Shown here one piece after another: positions 38,831 to 52,216 of a DNA stretch of 64,000 nucleotides. This DNA comes from Chiloscyllium plagiosum (lineage: Eukaryota). Position 1 is the stretch's first letter, and each line of letters begins with the position of its first letter. The position numbers and the translations under genes were made by a program. The notes beneath the pieces are model-generated. The model saw nothing but the letters and a program-made list of their open reading frames with translations. It searched no databases and was not told the origin of the DNA. The DNA is taken from assembly GCF_004010195.1 (NCBI RefSeq), contig NC_057711.1, positions 70,294,992 to 70,358,991 on the forward strand, given 5' to 3'.

Positions 38831-40138
38831 GGACTACAATTAGATCAACCGTTTTCTAACTGAACTCACAGCAGTTCATAATTTATGAAAAAAGATGCTT
38901 TGAAAACTCAGTCATTGGACAAAGTATGGGACAGCTTGAGGACAAGAAAAAGCATTATATAAATGTTAGTTAGTTCTTTTTCGAGTGAAAAGGTCAGAGG
39001 AAAGGATCAGCCTTCTTTTTTTCTTAAAAAAATCAGACCAGTCCATTTTGTGATTTGAGAAACTGTTTAAAAGTTTTGCTGGAACTGCTAATACAGAAAA
39101 GTGTCTGAAATGCTCACATTCTGATTTTCTAGATCATGTTCAGAGTATATATAAAGTAATCGGGCATGAATATGCATCAAATTTCATTAATATCAAGGGG
39201 TTCTTTAATGAGTTATTAATTCTCATATCTGGGACAGTCATCTTTAGTGCACTACTTATGCCAGCTATCTTGATTCCTTTAATATGTCTATCTTGCCCCC
39301 ATTCAGTTCCTTTCAAGCCCTCTATCCCTTTTACTTGCCTGCACAACAATTTGCAACAGAACTTAGAAAACAGATATAGAGAACTCTGAAAGGTTTGGGT
39401 CTGCGAGCTCTGCAAATTTCATGGACTTTTTATGCGAGGTAGACAAACAGGCAATAATCTCATTTAATTGTTTTTTGCAGTTTGTGGGCAATAACCTTGG
39501 GAGGAAACTAGGGGGAATTGGGAGCAAGAGAATCGTTCATCCTCACAGAAGAAAGGTAGCTAGCCAACCATTTGAACCCCATCCTTAAACCAGCTCATGG
39601 TGAGACTTCCACTGGCTACCAGCCATTCTGTTTGGGTGGCTGCTCCAGTAGCTCTAGCAACATCAATGCTCTGAAGTGGCTGCCACTGGCACAGCAGGAA
39701 GGCCGAGAATTCTTCTTCCTCTGGAAGCAATTACCCCATTGGTTCTGGATGGGGTGGAGATTGGGAGGGCGATAGCAAATGTGGTGGATTATAAAGAACA
39801 TGAGTGTAGGGTGGAGGAGTGGTGTCTTGATGGGCAAGTGGATCCTTCAATGATAATACCTCTCCTTCCTTCCCAATGTTTCAAATGCTTTGGAGAAAAC
39901 AAAACTGATCAATATTACCTGTGAAAATGTACCCAATGGGGCCATATAATATCCAGGTCCATGATAAAGTTATAGTTCAGTTCAGTCTTCAGTCAATCGT
40001 TTTTACAAATTCATATGATGTGTTGATTACACAGTATTTAAGTAAATGCAGATCAAAACTTGCATTAAAACAACAGTTTTTCAAATCAAGATTAAAAAAA
40101 ACTAAGCTTTAATTTATGCAAGGATACCATGGGCTCAC

Positions 40139-40235
40139 CTGAGATGAATCAGATACAGTAACATGTTGAGTTTTTACAAAATTATAATCCTCCAGTGTCA
40201 TGGAGTAGTACAGTTCAGCAATTTTGTTGCTTGGC
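40139..40235 (-). CDS. CEP120: CEP120 exon, 97 bp
   Basis: ttattag|GCCAAG...CTCAG|gtgagc. Peptide PSNKIAELYYSMTLEDYNFVKTQHVTVSDSSQ resembles human NRIADLSYTVTLEDYGLVK...SDSSQ. Confidence 0.93.
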
Positions 40236-40410
40236 CTAATAAAATAGTGGAATAATCTTAAATAAGAACTTATTCTTACAATATCAATTCTCAGAGCACA
40301 GTATCAAATTCAAAAACTTTATAATTAATGAGAGAGTCTGTTAGCTCGGTTGGTTGGACAGTCATTGTGTGAATTAAATTACACTAAAAGCACAGGGTTC
40401 GATTCCTGTA

Positions 40411-40629
40411 CAGTCCGTTCTGCTATAATGCAGTAGTTCCATTCTCATGCAATCCCATGTTATAACAAAATTGAGTAATCGTGGTACCATTTAAAATAAT
40501 TGAGCTGGCATTGCATTATAACCAATGCGTGCTTTAAAAGTTCGCGCTTTAGAAACAGTGTCCCCAATTCATCAATCGCGTTATAGCAAATTCAGGTTAA
40601 TGAAATGCACGTTATAGCAGAATGAGCTG
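40411..40629. mobile_element. Tigger-like MITE with TA duplication, nested in a tRNA-derived SINE
   Basis: TA|cagtccgttctgctataa ... ttatagcagaatgagctg|TA. The host has an A box (tagctcggttgg) and a B box (ggttcgattcc) at 40340-40407. Confidence 0.8.
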
Positions 40630-41967
40630 TACTTGATGAGGTAGATTCAGGACCAATCACCTCGCCCTTCCTGTAGCAAAAACAATTACAGCAGTTTACT
40701 GTGGCATGGCAAATAATTGCCAAGGTCCTACCTTAGACAGAGAATACAGGAAGATGATAATTAATGACAAAAAGGGTGACTAAATGGTGTTTTAAAAAAA
40801 ATTTTTTTAAATATCTAACTTTAGCCCAGTCTGATATTTTCCAATGTGTTCACTATATAATTTTCTGAAGAATAAATGAATGGCATAAACTATTGCTTTA
40901 GATGTAATTAAACTTTTAATCCAGTGATAATATTGGAATGTATTACTAACAACATTGTCACAATGAAACTATTTTGTCAGCAGTTTTCAATTTTCAATTA
41001 CAATCTCATTATTGTTCCCTTTCTCCTTCATCTCTCTTCCAATAGTCGACATGGAGAAGCATTTTAGTATTTATTTCTTACACAAAATGAATACGTAAAA
41101 GAAGTGTTTTCCCAACATAAAACGATCTTGATCTTAAAGGATAAATGCCTATTTGCTGAATTATTGGTACACAAATATCATTGGTCAAATATTCTGTACC
41201 CATGAGTGCCTTCCAGAAAGTACAAACATATTAAAAGCACAAATGCCACATTGCATTGTCAATAAATCTCACCACATAAATCTTTCTTCCACTTGCTGTC
41301 TAGATTTTTTCTACTTTACTGCCAAAATTGCCATTGCACAGGGAAGCAGAGGTTCTCCTGCAAGTTCTTTTTTGTTTACAAAACTGTTTCCAAAATGTGC
41401 ATGAATACCTGCCAGAGCACACCCAAAGGGAAATAGTGGTCATCAGAGCTTGACTCCTCACAAGTCATTTTAACTGCAGTAAATTTGTCTTAACAAGAAG
41501 CCAGCAAGCTTTTGCAGGATACTTGTTTCCATTAAATTGGATCTCAAGCTCATTCTGAAATTCCAAAATAGGTGTTCAATCCTCAAAGTTTATATCTAGC
41601 TAACAGACACACTTTTTAATAGTTTATCACTACAGTCAAACCGCATTTCAGAATCAAATTGTTCAAGATGCTCAAGTCAAAGGTTTAGATTTTCCACCAT
41701 CTCAGGTCTACACAGTGAAAGTGCGAGTCTAAAGGGATCACTTGTACTTCATAGCAAGCAGTTTTTCTTTGAGTATAAAGCCACAGCCCAACCTGTCTTC
41801 CAAAAATAATTTTATTTATTTCAATCCCACCCTCAGCAAACAGAGAGCTAACCAAACGTTAAATTTATCAAGAAGCATTATTCAGACAGAACTTTGTTTC
41901 AAACATTGCTGACAAGTAGAAGAAACAAAACTGAATCAGAATACATACAAACAAAATATTGCTCAAG

Positions 41968-43680
41968 TGATTATAACGCGGTCAGCCAGCTGGGCCTCAG
42001 AGAATAGGAATTCCCTGATTGGGGCTGTTAATCTGGTCCACTCAGGGATTCCTTGCTGACAGATAAAAAGAGTGTCAGAGATTCTGATCACTCTGGGTGG
42101 AGTTATTTCAGTAGGAACAAGTGTAAAGGACATTCCTGAAGAAACTTGCTCTCAACAGTCGTGTTTGAGTAGGGGTAAGCATTTCTTGCATCATGCCATT
42201 ATTTGGGAAGCTTGACTTGTTCAACCCTGTCATCAAGGACTTGGCTCAGTATGCAGAAAGAATGAGTTATTTTTTCAGAGCAAATGACATTGGGGCAGAT
42301 GAAAAGCAACATGTGATTATCCTGATAAGGCTGTGACTCCACAGTCTTGTCTGTTAATAGGAGCCTAACTTTCTCTGAGGTACCAGATACTGAAACCTTT
42401 CAAGGTTTGATGGATTTAGTTAGTGAATATCATGACCCCAAGTCTCCCTTAATTCTGAGACACTATTATTTTTACTTGGCATTTTGAAAACCAGGGAATC
42501 AGTTTCGGGATTTTTAACTAAGATGATTAGCAGTGGCATGTGACTTTGATTTATCGCTTAATGAGTTGCTCAGACACTGGTTGGTTTGTGGGATTTATGA
42601 TATAACCACACAAAAGCACTTACTAGGTAAAGGCCAACTGGACTTCAGACAGGTGCTACAACTGGCTTTATCATTGGAAAGTGCAGCATGTGGAACATAT
42701 GATTTGCAGGGTATTCTGATGGAAATAGACATCTTCGCCAATCTAACTGAGTTTGGGGAACATCATTTGAGTGCAGGCAATTGCACAGTCTCACTCAAAA
42801 TATATAGTGATTGGAAGGACTATAGTTCAACCAACAGCAAAACAAAGCTAAACCTCGGCCAAACAGTTAAACTTTTCTTCAGGATCTGGGCCAGCAAGCC
42901 ATTGCAGGTGCTGCTGGTATGCAAATTTGAGGCAGCCAGAGTCCTATTAGACCTAATGTCAGTAAGATAACTCATAAGCTGGTACTCAGGGGATTGCACA
43001 CCCTGGAAAATCCACTTATATCTTGGTTGGAACAATTAAATTGCTTCACAACATCCAAACCAGAATGAAAATAAATGTCAATTTAAACGGTCAACAGGGT
43101 TCTAATGGAGGTCGATACCGGCATGGCCGTTTCAGTGACCGCAAAACCAGTCTTTAATAAAATTTGCTCTGGACTCCAACCCTTAAGTTATGTGGTATAG
43201 GGCTGAGAACCTACACCTGGGAACCTTTACAGATTAAGGGTACAACTTTGGTTCCAGTCTTATTTGAGAAGCAGCTGGTTCAGTTACCACTGATTGTAGT
43301 AAAAGGCTTGGGCCCAAGCATGGTGGGATGAAATTGATTGAGAAAGATTCACCTATATTGGCTCAACATTTTTCAATATGAAAATGGCTGCCTGAGTGAA
43401 GTCCTAATGAAATACCCAGAAGTCTTCCAGGAGGTTTTGTGGGGACAACCAGAGGAAGCAAGGCCACCTTGCATGTTGACCCGGAAGCAATTCCATGCTT
43501 CTGCAAGACCCGCCCAGTGCCATTTGCCCTATGAGGAAAAGTAGAGGCAGAAATCAGAAGGCTAGAAAATGAAGCAATCATCAAACTATTTAAATTTGCA
43601 GAATGGGCAACACTGGTCTACTGATTTTGAAGCCCAAAGGCTCATCCTTGTGTAGGTTTTAATCAAACAGTAAACCACAT
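41968..43680 (+). mobile_element. Ty3/Gypsy (Mag-like) LTR retrotransposon fragment: probable 5' LTR, gag, protease, start of RT
   Basis: ATG 42193 MPLFGKLDLFNP..DLAQYAERMSYFFRANDI, gag LRHWLVCGIYD..TQKHLL, protease MEVDTGMAVSV (~43105) and ARPVPFAL..VEAEIRRLE..II...AEWA. Many stops and frameshifts. Confidence 0.88.
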
Positions 43681-44397
43681 TGGCTCATGTGCAGAACAAA
43701 GCGCATGAATCAATCCCCACTGAAATTGCGCTATTGCCAACAGAGGTAAGAGTTCTCCAAAATATCGCTCCCTAATTCTTCAGTGACATTGTAGCCAAAT
43801 TGCACTGCCGAAATGCATGTTATTCCAAAACTACCTGTTTTTTAAGTCATAGTTCACAAAGTGGGATAGGAAGAGACAGAGAATGTACAATCATTGAAAG
43901 TGCAGCAATTAGGTTCAAAGGAGGAAAAGTGATTTAAAAAAAGCAAAATTAAATAATATCGCTTTGCTAGTTTACACATAGTATTCAGAACAAAATAAAT
44001 GAATTAACAGTACCAATAGAGATAAATAGTATCTGAGAGCCATTACAGAGATTTAGTTACAAAGCAGAGAGCTAAATATTCCGAGGGTTTTTTTTGGGCA
44101 GGAAAGAAAGGGTGCTGGGGTAGTTCTGTTTATAAAAATGGAATAAGAATGATGGCAAGAAATGGTTTCAGGAGTTCAGGAGAGATGATTTTCCTGAAAC
44201 ATAAGATTCTTTAGCTGTGTGACAATGATAAATGCTGCTAGAACGTTTCTCATTGTAGCACACCATTGAAGACAGAGATGAGGAGGAATTCCTTCTCTAA
44301 GAGGGTTGTGAAACTGTGGAATTTTTTAATGCAGAGGGCTGTGGTGACTGGGTCATTAAGTATATTCAAAGGTGAAATAGACAGAATTTTAAATCAG

Positions 44398-44570
44398 GAG
44401 GGAAAAAGTGAGGACTGCAGATGCTGGAGATCAGAGCTGAAAAATGTGTTGCTGGAAAAGCGCAGCAGGTCAGGCAGCATCCAAGGAGCAGGGGAATTGA
44501 CGTTTCGGGCATAAGCCCTTCTTCTGCAGATGCTGTCTGACCTGCTGCACTTTTCCAGCAACACACTTTT
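44398..44570. mobile_element. Palindromic PLE-tail insertion with a perfect 16-bp TSD, inside a CR1 fragment
   Basis: cagaattttaaatcag at 44382-44397 and 44571-44586. Arms 44437-44481 and 44529-44573. Minus-strand GAAGA-A-GGGC-UUAU-GCCC-GAAACGUC at 44498-44525. Confidence 0.9.
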
Positions 44571-44942
44571 CAGAATTTTAAATCAGTAAGGGAATCGACG
44601 GTTATGGTGAAAAGACAAGAAAGTGGAGTTGATCAGATCAGCCACAACCTCATTGAATGGCTCACATCTGCTTATGGTCTTTTAGGAGAACAAAGAAGCA
44701 GTCCAGTGATTTGGCACAAAACCACAGTACATATCCCACATCACAGCCAAAGTCACACTGGTGAATCTTTGCGATTAAAAATAAACTTACATGAATGACT
44801 TATTCTACTTGCCTGTGAGAGTTTAGCATAGGATGTATTACTAAAAATGTAAGGTGCACTATTACATGCAGATAGAATTTGAAAATGAGACATTAGAACT
44901 GAGATTAATCATTTTTAGTATTATTTTAATAATTGTACTTGC

Positions 44943-45125
44943 CCCTGTGTTGCTATCACTGGTATCCTCTCACTGTAGGTCTGACGCCAACACTGATCTC
45001 CTGATGGTCCCAAAAAGCGAGATTTTTCTGCTGTCAGAACATTGGACAATTTCAATCTTGCTACTCCCAACAGCAAGTCTTTGGCCATTTTATCTTTGTG
45101 CCATACTTCAACCAACAAAGGTAAC
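44943..45125 (-). CDS. CEP120: CEP120 exon, 183 bp, ending at a GC donor
   Basis: cttttag|GTTACC...CAGGG|gcaagt. Peptide [61 protein letters not shown]. Confidence 0.95.
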
Positions 45126-45985
45126 CTAAAAGATTAAATGAATCTGAATTTAGAGTAAATATAACATGCATTATTCAATTGTTACACTTAAATCTATTTA
45201 TTTACTCACTTCCTTTGAAGTCAAGTTCAAAAATAACCTAGTTAGAATCTGAAATGAGTTTGTTTTTGAGACAAAAAAAATCACATCAAGTTCCTAACTA
45301 AATCAAGCAGACAAAGATGATGTTGGATTTAGTCCTTGATCTATGCTGATTTAGCTAATATTGGTTAGTGTTAACTTCAATGGCCTCAAATATTAATGAG
45401 AATTGTCCAAGGTTCTCTTTTTTGACTGTTACTCAATTACTCAAGACAGAAAAAGTGAGAACCATAAAAAATGTACAGTATGTAGCACAAGTATACCAAG
45501 TATGGCTTCAAAACTTAAACAGATCAGAAATTCTCAGGATTAGCACATAATGATCATCTAAGTATGGGATAAAATAAAGTAACTAATTAGATGCAAGTAT
45601 TCCAGTAAGGAGTTAATACCTGCAGGGAAAAAAATTTTTTAAAATTAATTTACCATTTTAACATCTGACGAACAGCAATATCTTTCAGAGGCCAATACTG
45701 GAGTATCTGGTCTCTTTGTGAAAATATTGGACATAAGCGTATGTAGGTAGTAGTTTCAAAGTTTGCAGACAACACAAAATTTGGATCGCAGGAAACAATA
45801 AGGAGGACAAGATGGATTAAGGCTGCTGAAATGGATAGAAATTTCACAGATGAAATCTAATGTAGGAAGTACGGTGCAGTGGATCTTTGTAGGAAGAAGC
45901 AGGAAAGGCATTATAAATCAAATAGTATAATTTTAAAGAACAAGACATATCAAATAGAGGAGTCGGCCACTCATCCCCTCAAAGC

Positions 45986-46204
45986 GAAAGTGAAGACTGC
46001 AGATGCTAGAGAGTCAGAGTGAAAAAGTGTGGTGCTGGAAAAGCACAGCATATCAGGCAGCATCCGAGGAGAAGACAGTTGACATTTCCGGCCGAAGCCC
46101 TTCATCAGGCATGTTCCTAATAAAGGGCTTATGCCCTAAACATTGACCATCCTGCTCCTCAGATGCTGCTTAACTTGCTGTGCTTTTCCAGCACCATGTT
46201 TTTT
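45986..46204. mobile_element. Palindromic PLE-tail insertion with two degenerate hammerhead motifs and an ~18-bp TSD
   Basis: Arms 46017-46109 and 46116-46209. cactcatcccctcaaagc (45968-45985) versus cactcatgctctcaaggc (46205-46222). Confidence 0.82.
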
Positions 46205-47449
46205 CACTCATGCTCTCAAGGCTGTACACCATTCAATAAAATCAGGGTTGATTTATAAAATCATTCCTGCCCATCCACAATAACCTTTCATTCTCTTGCT
46301 GATCAAGAATCTACCCAGCTGCTCTAAAGACTCATGACCCTCTTTACGAAAACATTTATTTCGTTCTTACATTTATTTATTTATTATTTATGATAGTGAC
46401 TCCTATTTTAGGTTCTCACATGCACCCTGTCAAGACCCCTCAGGATATTTTATGCTTCAATTTAGTCATGTCCTGCTCTTCCAATCCCCAACAGATACAA
46501 GTCTAAAATACAAGTCTGTCAGCTCATAAGACAACCCACCCATCCCAAATATTAATCCAGTAAACCTTCTCCAAACTGCTTTCAATGCATTTACACATTT
46601 CCTTAAATAAGACCAATCCTGTATATATAATGCAGATATGGTCTCACCGATATCCTTTATAACTAAAGCATAATCTTTCAGCAACCTTGATGTCAGAAAT
46701 GACTGCTGGAATGTGAAACCTGACATGAATCTTCACTGACCATATTCAGTGCATCCTTTGGATGGTACAAATCCTGGAATCTGCCATTATTCTTAAAAGA
46801 ACCAAGATGTGCCAGAAAGTAATCAAGATATGTAAAAAAAGCAGACATTCAGTATAACTGATGATATCTTGCCCCATGGCGTAGATGGAAAAGACTATGA
46901 CCTCCACTGCATGGAGTCAAATATGACTGTTGGGATCAAGTTGAACAAATACACTATTAAGTTGATAATGCCAGTTCTTTGGAGTGGTGTATACACTGAC
47001 GAGTCTAACTGAAAATTATCAATGATCACACAATAAAGACAGCAGGTCAGTTGACATGCTACAATAGCAGAATGTGGGAACCTCTGGATGCTAGTGTGTT
47101 CTGGAAAACACATCTGCAGCTGCAGGAACCTCTGCTTGGTCAATGATGGAAGCCAAGCTGCAGATACTGTGGCACATAAGGAAGGGGAAAGTTATCATGT
47201 CACATCATTTTAGGAGGCACACAGATCCCTTTAAATAGGGTCATCTGATTTGATCAGTGATTTCGGACAGGAGGATGCAACTGAGAGTAAGGCAATTAAA
47301 AGGACCCAGAGGCAGGAGCTCTAGCCTTTTATACTATCCAAAACTTACAAGGGAGGTTTTATTCAGCATGTTTAGACAAGAATGCGAGCTGCAGGGTGGA
47401 TAAGCTAACTGACCATGGCACTGTGGTACTGCAAGTCACTCATGAGGTA

Positions 47450-50400
47450 GTACAACGTTGTCCTGGGGTTTAAGTTAGACTTCAGCTTAGCTCATAAAAG
47501 AGGTGGCTACTAAGATGTTAGATGTGTTCATGATGATCTTCCAAAATACACAAAAGATAGGAATGGCTCCATTGACCAGAAAGTAGCAAATATAACTCTT
47601 CTTTCCAAAATGGGAGGGAAGAAGTAAACTAAAAAACTATAGGCCAATTAGCTTGACATCTGTGGTGAGGAAGGTGTTAGAATCCATCATTAAGGAGGTT
47701 ACAACTGGGAGCTCGGAAAATTTGAGACAATTGGGAAGAGTCAGCCTGGTTTTGTCAAAGGGAATTCATGTTTAACCAATTTGTTGGAATCCTTTGAAGG
47801 ACTAGCATGCACTGAAGTTAAAGATTAGCCTTTAGACATACTACATTTGGATTGACAGAAGGCATTTGATAAAGTGCCACAGAAATTATTGCACAAAGTA
47901 GAAGCAGGTGATTAGAGGATAACATATTGGCAGAGATAGAAGTATGGTCGAAAACTATAAACATAAATGGTATTTTTCTGATTGACACAATGTGATGAAT
48001 GGGGTTTCTCAGGGTTGTGTGCTCGGTTCTTAACTGTATACAATTTATGTCAATGATTTCAATGAGGGAAGTAAAAATGTAGAAGCTAAATTTGCAGATG
48101 ATACAAAGATAGATAGGAATGTTTGTTGTGAAGAGAGCATTAGGAGGTTACAGATGGATATAGATAGGTTGGATGAGTGACATTAATCTAAGAGATGAAG
48201 AGTAAAGTTGGAAAATGCTATACAGGATATTGTTGATACCACATCCCAAATACTGTCTGCAGTTTTGGTTTTCTTACTTAAGGAAGGATGAACATGCAAT
48301 GAAAGTAGTTCAGAGGAAGTTCAATGGATTGGATATCTGGAATGACTGGATTGCCTTATGAGGAACGGTTGGACAGACTGGATCTTTTTTCACTGGAGTT
48401 TAGCAGACTCAAAGTGACTTGGTTGGAATATACAAGATTCTAAAACCTTGATAAGTTGACACTGAAAGGTTGTTTTTTTTTCTTGTGGGTGAGTATAGAA
48501 CTAGGGGGTGCTATTTTAAAGTTAATGGTGCCCTTTTAGAACTGAGATCAGGAGAAATCTTTTCTCTCAGAGTTGTGCAACTTTGGAACTTTCTCAGAAG
48601 ATAGTGGAGAAGAGGCCATTGAGTATTTTTAAGGCAGAGATAGAGGAGTTCTTTGCCCAACAAAAATCTAGGGTAATTAACCATAAATGGGAATTTGAAT
48701 TCAAAACATAAACCCACCAGCTATGATCTTATAGAATGGTGGAGCAGGCACGAAGGACCTAATGCCTTACTCTTCCTCCTAATGCAGATGTTCACATGCA
48801 TTCAATACCACTCGCAATAAACAGCAAAATTCTTTTAGTAATTACTTGCTGTAGTTGCACACTAACCATTGTGGATCATGGACTCAGACACTCAGGTCCC
48901 TCCGCATTTCAGAGCTTTACAATCTCTTATCATTTATGCTTCTTTTTATATTCTTCCTCCCAAGGTGGGCCATTTCACATTTTCCAACATTACATTCCAT
49001 TTGCTGGATTTTTGGCCACTCACTTAACCTATATATATCCTTTTGTAGACTCCTTATACTCTCTTGACTAGCTGTGTAATTTATCAAATTTGGCAATCGT
49101 GTCTTCTATCCTTTTGTCTAAGTTATTTATGTAATTTCTAAAATGTTGAAGCACCAACTCTAATACCTGTGGCACATTACTTGTTACATCTTGCCAACCA
49201 ATAAATGACCCATTATGCTTACCCTCTGTTTTCTGGTAGCCAGCCAAGCTTCTATCAATGACAATTGTTAACTCTTATATAATGAACTTTTATCTTCCAC
49301 AATTTAACTTCAATGCTATCTGATTCCTGCAAATCGAAATCTAGCAAATGTCATCTCACTATGAGAGAGAGAGAGAAAAAAAACAGAGAGAGAGAGAGAG
49401 AGAGAGACAGAAAGAAAAAGGAAACAACAAATTTGTAAACCTTACATCAAAATGCTGTAATAGATTATAAAGGATGTGATAAATGAATACTTGGTAACAA
49501 TGATCAGGTTGGGCATAGTTAACGTGGACTTGTCAATAAGAATTTGTTAAATTAACTTATTGGAATTTTTCTGAAGATGTAACCAATAAAGTTGATAAAG
49601 AAATGTTGATGGATATAACATACGTGGATTTCCAGAAGGTTTTTGGTAAGGAGCCTCACAGGAGGTTAGTTAGCAAAAGCAGAAAAATTGGAAACGAGAT
49701 AATGCATTGGCAAGGAGTAAGGATTAGCTAACAGGCAGGAAACAGAGTAGGAATAAATGGGTCATTATTGCAGTGGCAGGGTATAAGTAGTGGGATATCA
49801 TAAACATCAGTACTTTGGACCCCATCGGTTGACAATACCTATCAATGATTTGGAGGTGAAGACCAAACGTAACATTTCAAAATTTGTGGATGACACAAAG
49901 CTAAGTAAGTGGGAACATGTTTTGCAAGGAAGCTGGAATGTAATGTGCAAAAATGTAAGGTTATTCACCAAGGGTAGGAGGAACTGATGTGCAGAGTATT
50001 TCTTAAATAGTAAAAGCTTGGAAAAGGACCTAGGTGTCATTGCCAATAAGTCACTGAAGGCTACCATGCAGGTGCAGCAAGCTATTAGGAAAGCTAATGG
50101 AATATTAGCATTTATTGTAAAAGGATCTGAGTACATAAGTCATGACGTCTTGCTGGAATCATAAAGAAGCTTGGCACCTATATGACTGTGTTCAGTTTTG
50201 GTCTCTTCATTTCAGGAAAGATACCACTGCCATTGAGAGAGTGCAACAAGGTTCACTGAATTTGTTCCGGGATGGCAGGACTGTCCAATGAAGAGAGATT
50301 TGGGAAAAACTGAGCCTACATTCTCTTAAGTTTTCAAGAATGGCAAGGTGATTTAATTAAAACCTACAAAATACAGAGGGGATAGACAGAGTAGATGGAG

Positions 50401-50760
50401 GTGAGATGTGGCCCCTGGTTGGAGAGTCTAGAACCAGAGGAAATGTTTAAAAATAAGGGAATGCAATTTAGGACTGCAATTAGGAGAATTTATTTGTACT
50501 GAGTGTTGTTAATCTTGAAATGCTTATGCCAGAGTGCTATGGAAGCTATCTTTCAGTGTGTTAAAGTAGAAATTGATATATTTCTTATTACCAATAACAG
50601 AAAGGCTTATGGGGATTGTGTGGATAAAAGGCTTTGAAGTGTCTGATCAATCATCATTGTACTCAATGGTACATCAAACCAGACGAATTAAATGGCTTAC
50701 TCCAGTTTCTATGTGGCACCATGTCAAATCTCTTCTTGGAAATCTAAGTTAGTACATTCA
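47450..50760. mobile_element. Cluster of nested CR1-type LINE remnants (47450-48790 +, 48795-49280 -, 49450-50715 +)
   Basis: NYRPISLTSV, KAFDKVP, KFADDTKI, INDLEVKTKRNISKFVDDTKL and AIRKANGILAFI motifs. Confidence 0.85.
49363..49407. repeat. Interrupted (GA)n microsatellite
   Basis: gagagaga...aaaaaaaac...agagagag. Confidence 0.9.
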
Positions 50761-52066
50761 CTAGTCCCCCTTTATCCACAGCACAGGTTACTTTGTCAAA
50801 GTTCTCCAATAAACTGATTAAACATGATCTCTCTTTTAAAAACCCAGGTTAATTCTGCTTATTATCTTGCATTTTCTAAGTGTCTTACTACAATAACTTT
50901 AATAATAGCTAGTAACCTTTTTCCTATGACAGAGATTTGGATTGTACATTCAAAAGTCATAGGAGGTAAAAGTGTAGAATCCTTAAAAAGACACACAATT
51001 TTCCAATTTATACAAGGTACAGAGCACAAAAATGAAGAACTTATGCAAAACCTTCACATAACATAAAAGCCTCATGAATGTCCTTTCGGGAAGGAATTCT
51101 TCAATTGCTTACCTGGTCTAGCTTACATGATTCCAAACCCACAACCACATGGTTCACTCTTATCTGCCAGCTGGACAACTAGAAATCAACCATAAATGCT
51201 AGCCTAACCAATGACTCACATACTTCACAACAAAGAAAAAATTCTAATCAACCTGTTCAGAGATGTTCAGACATGGAGCAAGTAGGACTTGAACCCAGGC
51301 CTCTAGGTTCAGGGATAGGGACACTACCACTAAGGCACAAGATGGCTGCCGTACTTCATGAACAAATGAAAGTAACTCCAGGCCCAGCTGGAGTGCAGTG
51401 TTCAATTTTGGGCAGCACAATTTACAGAAAAAAGTCAAGACCTTAGTGAGGGTGCAGAAATCTATTAGAATGGTATTAAATATGTAGGACTTAAGCGGAA
51501 AAACTGAAGAAAACTGTATTGTTTCCATTTGAGCGAAGAAAGTTAAGTGGAAACTTAATTAAGGTGATCAAAATCATGATGGGTTTTCAGAGAGCCAAGT
51601 AAGAAGAAACCATTTCCAGTGACATAAGCACTAAAGATCAGATGACAGATTAAAGGTAATTGACAAAATAACCAATAGAAGTTTGAACAAACTTTATTAG
51701 TGAATTTTCATGATCTGAAACATACAGTTTGAAATACTGACATAATATTCAATCATAAATATCAAAACTTAAGTGGACAAACACTTTAAGAGGAGAAAAT
51801 GGCATGGTTATTGGGAATGGTCAGAAAAGTTGGACAGCTTGAAGGGAGAAAAAAAGCATCGGCACAGAGAACCAAAAAAACAACTTCTGTATTGTTCCAG
51901 AATTCCAATAAAATTGTTTGATTATACTAACACTTTCAAAACTAAAATCAAATCCTGTCATTAGCATTAATTGAACAAGATAACTCAAGAAACTGAAAAT
52001 ATAATTTGCAGCTTTACAAGGGGAAATAAATAAAACACATTAAAATACATGTTTAGATCATGATAC

Positions 52067-52216
52067 CTGAAGAAAGTATCTTGCAGTTGATGAGGTAGTG
52101 CTGCAAAATCAAATGCGCAGTATGATTGAGGAAAGACCACTTCCATGTTTCGCTTCACCTCCACTGGAGGATTCGTCATGATTGGGGCTGCAGTTCCAAA
52201 AAATGGATAAGAGTAC
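52067..52216 (-). CDS. CEP120: CEP120 exon, 150 bp
   Basis: gaccag|GTAC...TTCAG|gtatca. Peptide [50 protein letters not shown] is near-identical to recalled CEP120. Confidence 0.97.

Noticed and set aside
39480..39900. GC-richer segment with three short ORFs
   Set aside because: No recognisable motifs or splice-phase fit with CEP120. Probably an unidentified old repeat that I cannot classify.
42193..43680. Domesticated gag/protease gene
   Set aside because: Multiple stops and frameshifts, truncated at the start of RT: an ordinary decayed Gypsy copy.
44937..44938. Canonical GT donor 4 nt past the GC donor
   Set aside because: It gives phase 0, which is incompatible with the phase-2 frame of the next exon.
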